Source: Macrostomum lignano
Taxonomy: Eukaryota
Reading direction: 5' to 3'
Length of the DNA: 64,000 bases
Assembly: GCA_002269645.1 (NCBI GenBank)
Contig: NIVC01001849.1
Location: 62,001-126,000 of the forward strand
Part shown: piece by piece, positions 58,715-64,000 of the stretch
How the letters are laid out: the number at the start of each line of letters is the position of its first letter
Position numbering within the stretch: position 1 is the stretch's first letter
Position numbers and translations under genes: made by a program
The notes under the pieces: model-generated
Database searches by the model: none
What the model was told of the DNA's origin: nothing
What the model saw: the letters and a program-made list of their open reading frames with translations, nothing else

Positions 58715-59493
58715 TAGGGATGTTGACCCCGGGAGTGCTCCCCGGGGAGCTTGTCGGGGAATACTCTCCGGGGAATTTAACCGGGGACCCTGGGGAGAAA
58801 AAATATGAAAAAATGCATTTGTAACTTAATTTTTGCCATTAAAATAAGAAACTGATTCACAGAAAGCTGATTGAAACTCTGTCTATGCTCTTTTACCGCA
58901 TAATTGCTTATTTCAATGCATTACATGTATTTGAAACACAACACACGTTTGATTGTTTTTTCACTAATAAGTCATTCAATCAAGCAAATTGCACGTAGAA
59001 AAGAAACCCGTCAGGAAAAAGAAGCCTTACTGACTAGTGACTGCTGTGTTGGTCTGCGTTGACGGCTTGACGCAGGCGCAGCGCTGCGTCATGCGTCAGG
59101 CACTGACGCATAGGGGGGTGTCATACATATACTCCCTATTAGACAAGGACAAAATGGTGATTTACATATATATGCAAGAAATAAAATTCCGATTATAAAA
59201 ACAGTCTCATTCATTAATTATCCTCTCACGAGCGTAGCTGTTTAGCATGCATTCCAACAAATGCACTTTTCCGATAAAGGTGCGCGCACGATTTCGTGAT
59301 GCCACATTGTCAAATACAGTTTAAAAAAACATTGTTTAAAATTTTTACCCCTGCGCCTTGAACATGTAGTACAAAGCTTAAATCAAAGTTTAAAAAATTC
59401 CACTTACAATCTAAGTGATCCGCCGTTTTTACTTATTTTTTCTTTTCACCGGGGTCCCCGATAAGATAATTCCCTGGGGAATCGACATCCCTA
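58715..59493. mobile_element. Second non-autonomous hAT-type element (779 bp)
   Basis: TIR TAGGGATGT(T/C)GA with ccccgggg subterminal repeats. TTCCCTTC at 58707-58714 and 59495-59502, with one extra A at 59494. Confidence 0.75.
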
Positions 59494-61630
59494 ATTCCCT
59501 TCCTATAAATCATTTGACGTTAGAGACATTTTACAACTCTCGCCCTACTTTATCTATTAGGCTAACTTTATGTATGACACGACGCAAAATATTAGGAGCA
59601 TCAGCGTTAATAATGCCTTGAAAGTCTTTAAATAATCGATACAACACTAGGTATTATAAAATTCCAACCCCAAAGCTCACTGGGGCGAAAATACTTTGTC
59701 TTCATTAACTAGTAGCTAATTAAGCTAAATAACATAGTAGGGCCTAGTGTAGTCTATTAGTCTACAATTATTAACTTTATTGTCTAATTAAGCTAAGGCA
59801 ACTAACTTTCATTATAACTAGTCTAAGCTTGATGGAAAAAATCAATAGAAAAAAGCCTAGTTGCTTTCAAAGGTGAGTAATTTTGCTTATAAATATTATA
59901 TTTAAAAGTCTTATGATAAATTAATATAGCACAGAGTAATAGGCCTAGTCTTTAGCAGAACAAAATTAAATAGAATAGATTAGAACATGCAAATAGTAGT
60001 CTATGTCTCTAAAAAGCAATATATTTGGCTTGCTAAGTTGGCCAAGTTTATTTTTGAGTAGCAACAAAAAACAATTTATTAATAATAGATCAAAATGGCA
60101 TTCCTTTGGTTTAAAATTATCCCGAATAGTGACAATCACCTTAAAAATTGACAATCACTACAAAAACAAATGTAAGACAAAATCCATAGTTTCCAATAAA
60201 ATGAAATGAAATGTTGACAAACTGACTTTGTTTATTTCAAAAGATAGTAAGATTGTTGTAGCACCTTATATTTTATCTTTGGTTTATGATCACTTTAACT
60301 TATGTTTCCCATTGAAATGATTGCAAAGCAATGCAAACCAAAGCTGGGAATAAAAAACCTATCAACTAATTTCAATTTTCAAGTTGCAAGTTTGAGCTAT
60401 AGTAGCCTATATATTGCACCTTTGGTTTACAATCATCTAAACATATGTTGCCCATTAAAATGGTTGATTGTGATCCAAAGCCAGATATAAAAAAGTGTAC
60501 TAAGGGTTGACATTTTAATAGAAGAAATACAGTTGGATAATTGTAAACTAAAGGTGATATATATAAGCTATATAGCTCTAAGTTGCTACTTGAGTTGGAC
60601 TCTTTGACACACTTTCCTATAGCCAACTTTGGATCACGATTATCATTTTAATAGGAAATGTATGTTTGGATGATCTTAAAACAAAGGTGATATATATATA
60701 TATATATAAGCTACTAGTGAACCAATGAACAATCCTTTCAATTTTAAATAAACAAAGTTAGTTGATCAACCAACTTTTGATTGCTTTTCATTTGAAATAT
60801 GTTTTTATATTATTTCTTAGTTTTTTACATGCCATTTTTGCACTGCACTAAGCAAAATAGATGGTGATCATAAACCAAAGGACTGCCAAAATAATATGGT
60901 ATAGCTATAGGGCCTAGCAAATTTATGATTAGCTAAAAGTTACAATGCACTCAAAGAAAATTATTGATTTATTAAAAAAAATTTTTGCATTATATAAAAA
61001 CTAAAATAAGAATATATATAGAAGCTATATATAATATGATATATTTATATCTAGTGGCCTTGCCTTGGTCTACTAATATTAAAAACAAAACATTTTACAA
61101 CTAAGTCAACCCTATCATATTTGCTTCCCTCTAAAATAATATAAAATATAGACAATGATTATGTAATTTGCTGAGTAGAATTTTAATAAGCATGCCAGAA
61201 AAAAGTAGAGGGCAAGACAAGTGTTCAAATAATATCATGTTGCAAAATGCAGTAGACAATGCATCAAATGTGCTAGCTAAAAGATAGTTCATTGCTTATC
61301 TAGTCCCGACAGACTGCATAGAAGTGATCCCAACAGGTCACAGATGCCATATTGCGGATGGTTCTTCTTGTACCGCCAGAAGCATTTTCTGGGAATTTCA
61401 AAGTGTACGCCAGCCTACCAACATAGTGTACGCCAGCCTACCAACTGTGCGCCAACCCCAGGCTAATGTGCTACCACCTTTGTCAAGCTAATTTAAGTGA
61501 ATTTTTATACAGAACCTATTTTATTCACTATGTTCCTATGTACACTGGCTTTGCTCAAACAAAGCCACATAGGCATATAAAAACAATGGAATCAAGTTAA
61601 AGTAGTCATGCACATGATCGGCCAGGTCAT

Positions 61631-64000
61631 TCAGTTGCCGCCGATGAAACAGCAGCTTGACAGCTGGTCCAGTCGCTTGTCGACAACCTTGCTAGTTGAA
61701 TACTTTTTTGTCCTTAAAGCATCCGCGAAGAATGGTTGGAAGTGGGGCCGAATTCCGCATGTAGTGTCCCCCTTATAATAAAGCTTCGCTGCAACATCAA
61801 GGAACTGCTCAAGAGCATTGCTGCCAACAGGGGGCAGCATCCATTGCAGCTTGGCCCGAAGCTGCAGCGTGCTATTTGACTGAGGCCCCTGCTGCTGCTG
61901 CGACCGCATGGTGGCATAGAATGACTCTACGATGGCCTCTATAAATTTGGGGATGCAAAAGTACTTGGATATGGATGCCTACTTCAAATGTACGTACAAG
62001 ATGCTGTACTGAACTAGATACCGTACCAGATACAAGTACAATGTTACTGGGTGTAACCTTTGAGCTAAAACTGCATGCATACATAAATATAATGCATGTC
62101 ATACTCTTTAAAGTTACTGGTACAGTGTGTCCGACCTAGCTATAATTGGCTTATACTTTGTAAATTATTTGTTACCCCGAACAGTTTAATACACAAGGTA
62201 AATTGGATTACCAGTCCCACCGCGGTTGAGCGCAAAATCCAACAGAGCACAGGTTTGCTATCCAGCCCGCTGAAAGACGCTCAAAGTCGAGTAAAATGCG
62301 TGGTAGATTGCAACTTTGTCCACGGTACACTCCACCTGACCAGAGGCAGTTGCACAGGTTAGCTGAAGAGATATGTCGGCGGGACCGCGCAGTGGAGCCA
62401 GAGAAATTGCATCGATAGGCCCTTCAATGACAGGGTTCAACCAGCCGTCTCGACCTTTGCCAGACAACATTACATGCTGGATTGTGTCCATGTAGCAAGT
62501 AACATACTTCCGGCTGACACGTGGGTCAAGGTCAGCATGATGCGGAAACTTTGCCGGTGCCCTGACGAGCTGGCGACAGGCAGGCGCCTGACTTGCCTCT
62601 TCTATCTTGGCCTTGGAATCCGCTGAGGCTATACAGCGAATGGCACGTTCGGCATCGAGGCAGATGCAGTCCAAAAGATCTGCATCAGTGGCTTTTTCCA
62701 TGCGGTAAACTAGAGCACTGTGCAGAGCGCGAGCTAGTCGAGATATGTTCACATGCATGTCCTAAGCGAAAAAATGATTATTCTAGCTAGTTTGGGAAGA
62801 TCAGGATCTTCGTGTCACAAATTTGCATTAGCAAATTTTTTTATTGTAGCTACTGAAGGGTCTCGAGCAGTCCACTGAAATGACCGAATTCGTCTGCTGT
62901 GAGAATTAACAGTAGGAGCATTCATAGCAGGTTGGTCCTTGTTGACGACCCAGCCACGTAGCAGCGGTACGCTGCGGAAAGAGCCACCCGGTTTGACAAT
63001 GTCCCCACTTTCGAGGCATTGTGCCAGTCTCGGGTAGTCCAAGACATGGAATTGCTCGGCGCGCCGCTCGAGAAAACTAGCAACAGTCTTCCAGTGCACA
63101 TGGACCTTCCAGTAAGGAAGCTGGAGGTTCTGCGCCATTTCCATCAGAGCCCTGTGTCAAAAGGGTTTGTAACTGCATAAGAAATGGCGAAAAGAGCTTA
63201 AATATCCACAAAGAAAGTCAGAGTCCAGAGCATTTGATGCAGTTACTAAAAACTAAAAATAGTTTGCACAGCAGTGAACTTACTTAATTTGACCTAGCAA
63301 GTCTAGTAGACATAGCAAGTCGAAGACAAAATCATCTCCAAACATTTCATATTGCAGTGTCTCGTCAAAAGCGCAGTTCAGGTTCTCTTTCCGAAAAGCA
63401 GCATGCAGCTCGTTAAATGACGCTAGAATAGTCTCCCACTGGGACATCGCAAAGCTCACAAAGCGTTGAGTTGCAAAGTGGGAGATAGCGCGGGCTTCCT
63501 TTTTGGAGACTGCCTGTGTATCATAATTAGTTGTAAACTGAGTTATGTTTTGTATTATAAGAAAACGTCTTTTTGCTAAGAAAAGAAAGCAAAGGAAAGA
63601 AAGAATCTTGATTATTCAGTAATTATAAATACCTGCAACGTAGAGTAACCACGACCAAGACCAAACAAATGAGCAAAGTTGTTGGCTCTCTTGATAAACT
63701 GCCGCAGAAAGTGCCCATCATCGCTATCACAAACATCTGTGATAGCCAGATTTAGGAAGTGGGCAGCATCCCAGCTGATGGGCACATCCAGATCTGCAGC
63801 ACCGCCATGCCCACTGGACAATTTTTCATTCATCGCATGCCGTAATGGGCCCGTCTGATATTGCCCGTCGGCAACGACACCAACCAATTGGCCGATAGGT
63901 AGCTTAAAGCGAGCCAGACCATCAAAGAGCCGCTGCACAAGAACAGCTCCACTACCGTCCATGTTGGAGTTGTACACTGCTGGGGCACCACCAGGAATGG
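61631..64000 (-). pseudogene. Intron-containing hAT-like transposase gene, 5' part outside the window, one in-frame TAG
   Basis: Phase-consistent exons >=64000-63633, 63513-63284, 63151-62854, 62761-62212 and 61938-61631. Motifs VADGQY, WDAAHFLNL, TQRF and GGTEAIVESFYATM (dimerisation-domain-like). TAG at 62260-62258. Confidence 0.75.

Overview
Eukaryotic (animal) genomic DNA, with no prokaryotic operon or CRISPR signal. GC-rich exons sit in introns packed with mini- and microsatellites. This style plus TTAGGG-type repeats suggests a free-living flatworm such as Macrostomum (inference, unverified). Three spliced host genes lie on the minus strand. (1) A 5'-incomplete single-pass Ig-like receptor, 345-11238. 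(2) A very divergent pentameric ligand-gated ion channel (pLGIC) subunit, 21616-37291, lacking the canonical C-x13-C loop and carrying a GC-AG intron. (3) A 929-aa ZP-domain-like membrane protein, 41283-49439. Intron 4 of the channel gene is a 20-bp satellite split by a full-length 5.4-kb APE/RT/RNase H/CCHC non-LTR retrotransposon (LOA/R1-like, 26269-31654). That element has a target duplication, a (TAAG)5 tail, a TAATG stop-start ORF junction and only two homopolymer frameshifts. Other mobile elements are a fold-back DNA element with a telomere-like core, two tRNA-headed SINEs (one with a MIR/CORE-like domain) and several MITE/hAT-type non-autonomous elements. After about 49.4 kb the DNA turns AT-rich and ends in an intron-rich hAT-like transposase gene that runs off the window. 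All gene models were built by eye from splice sites and phases.
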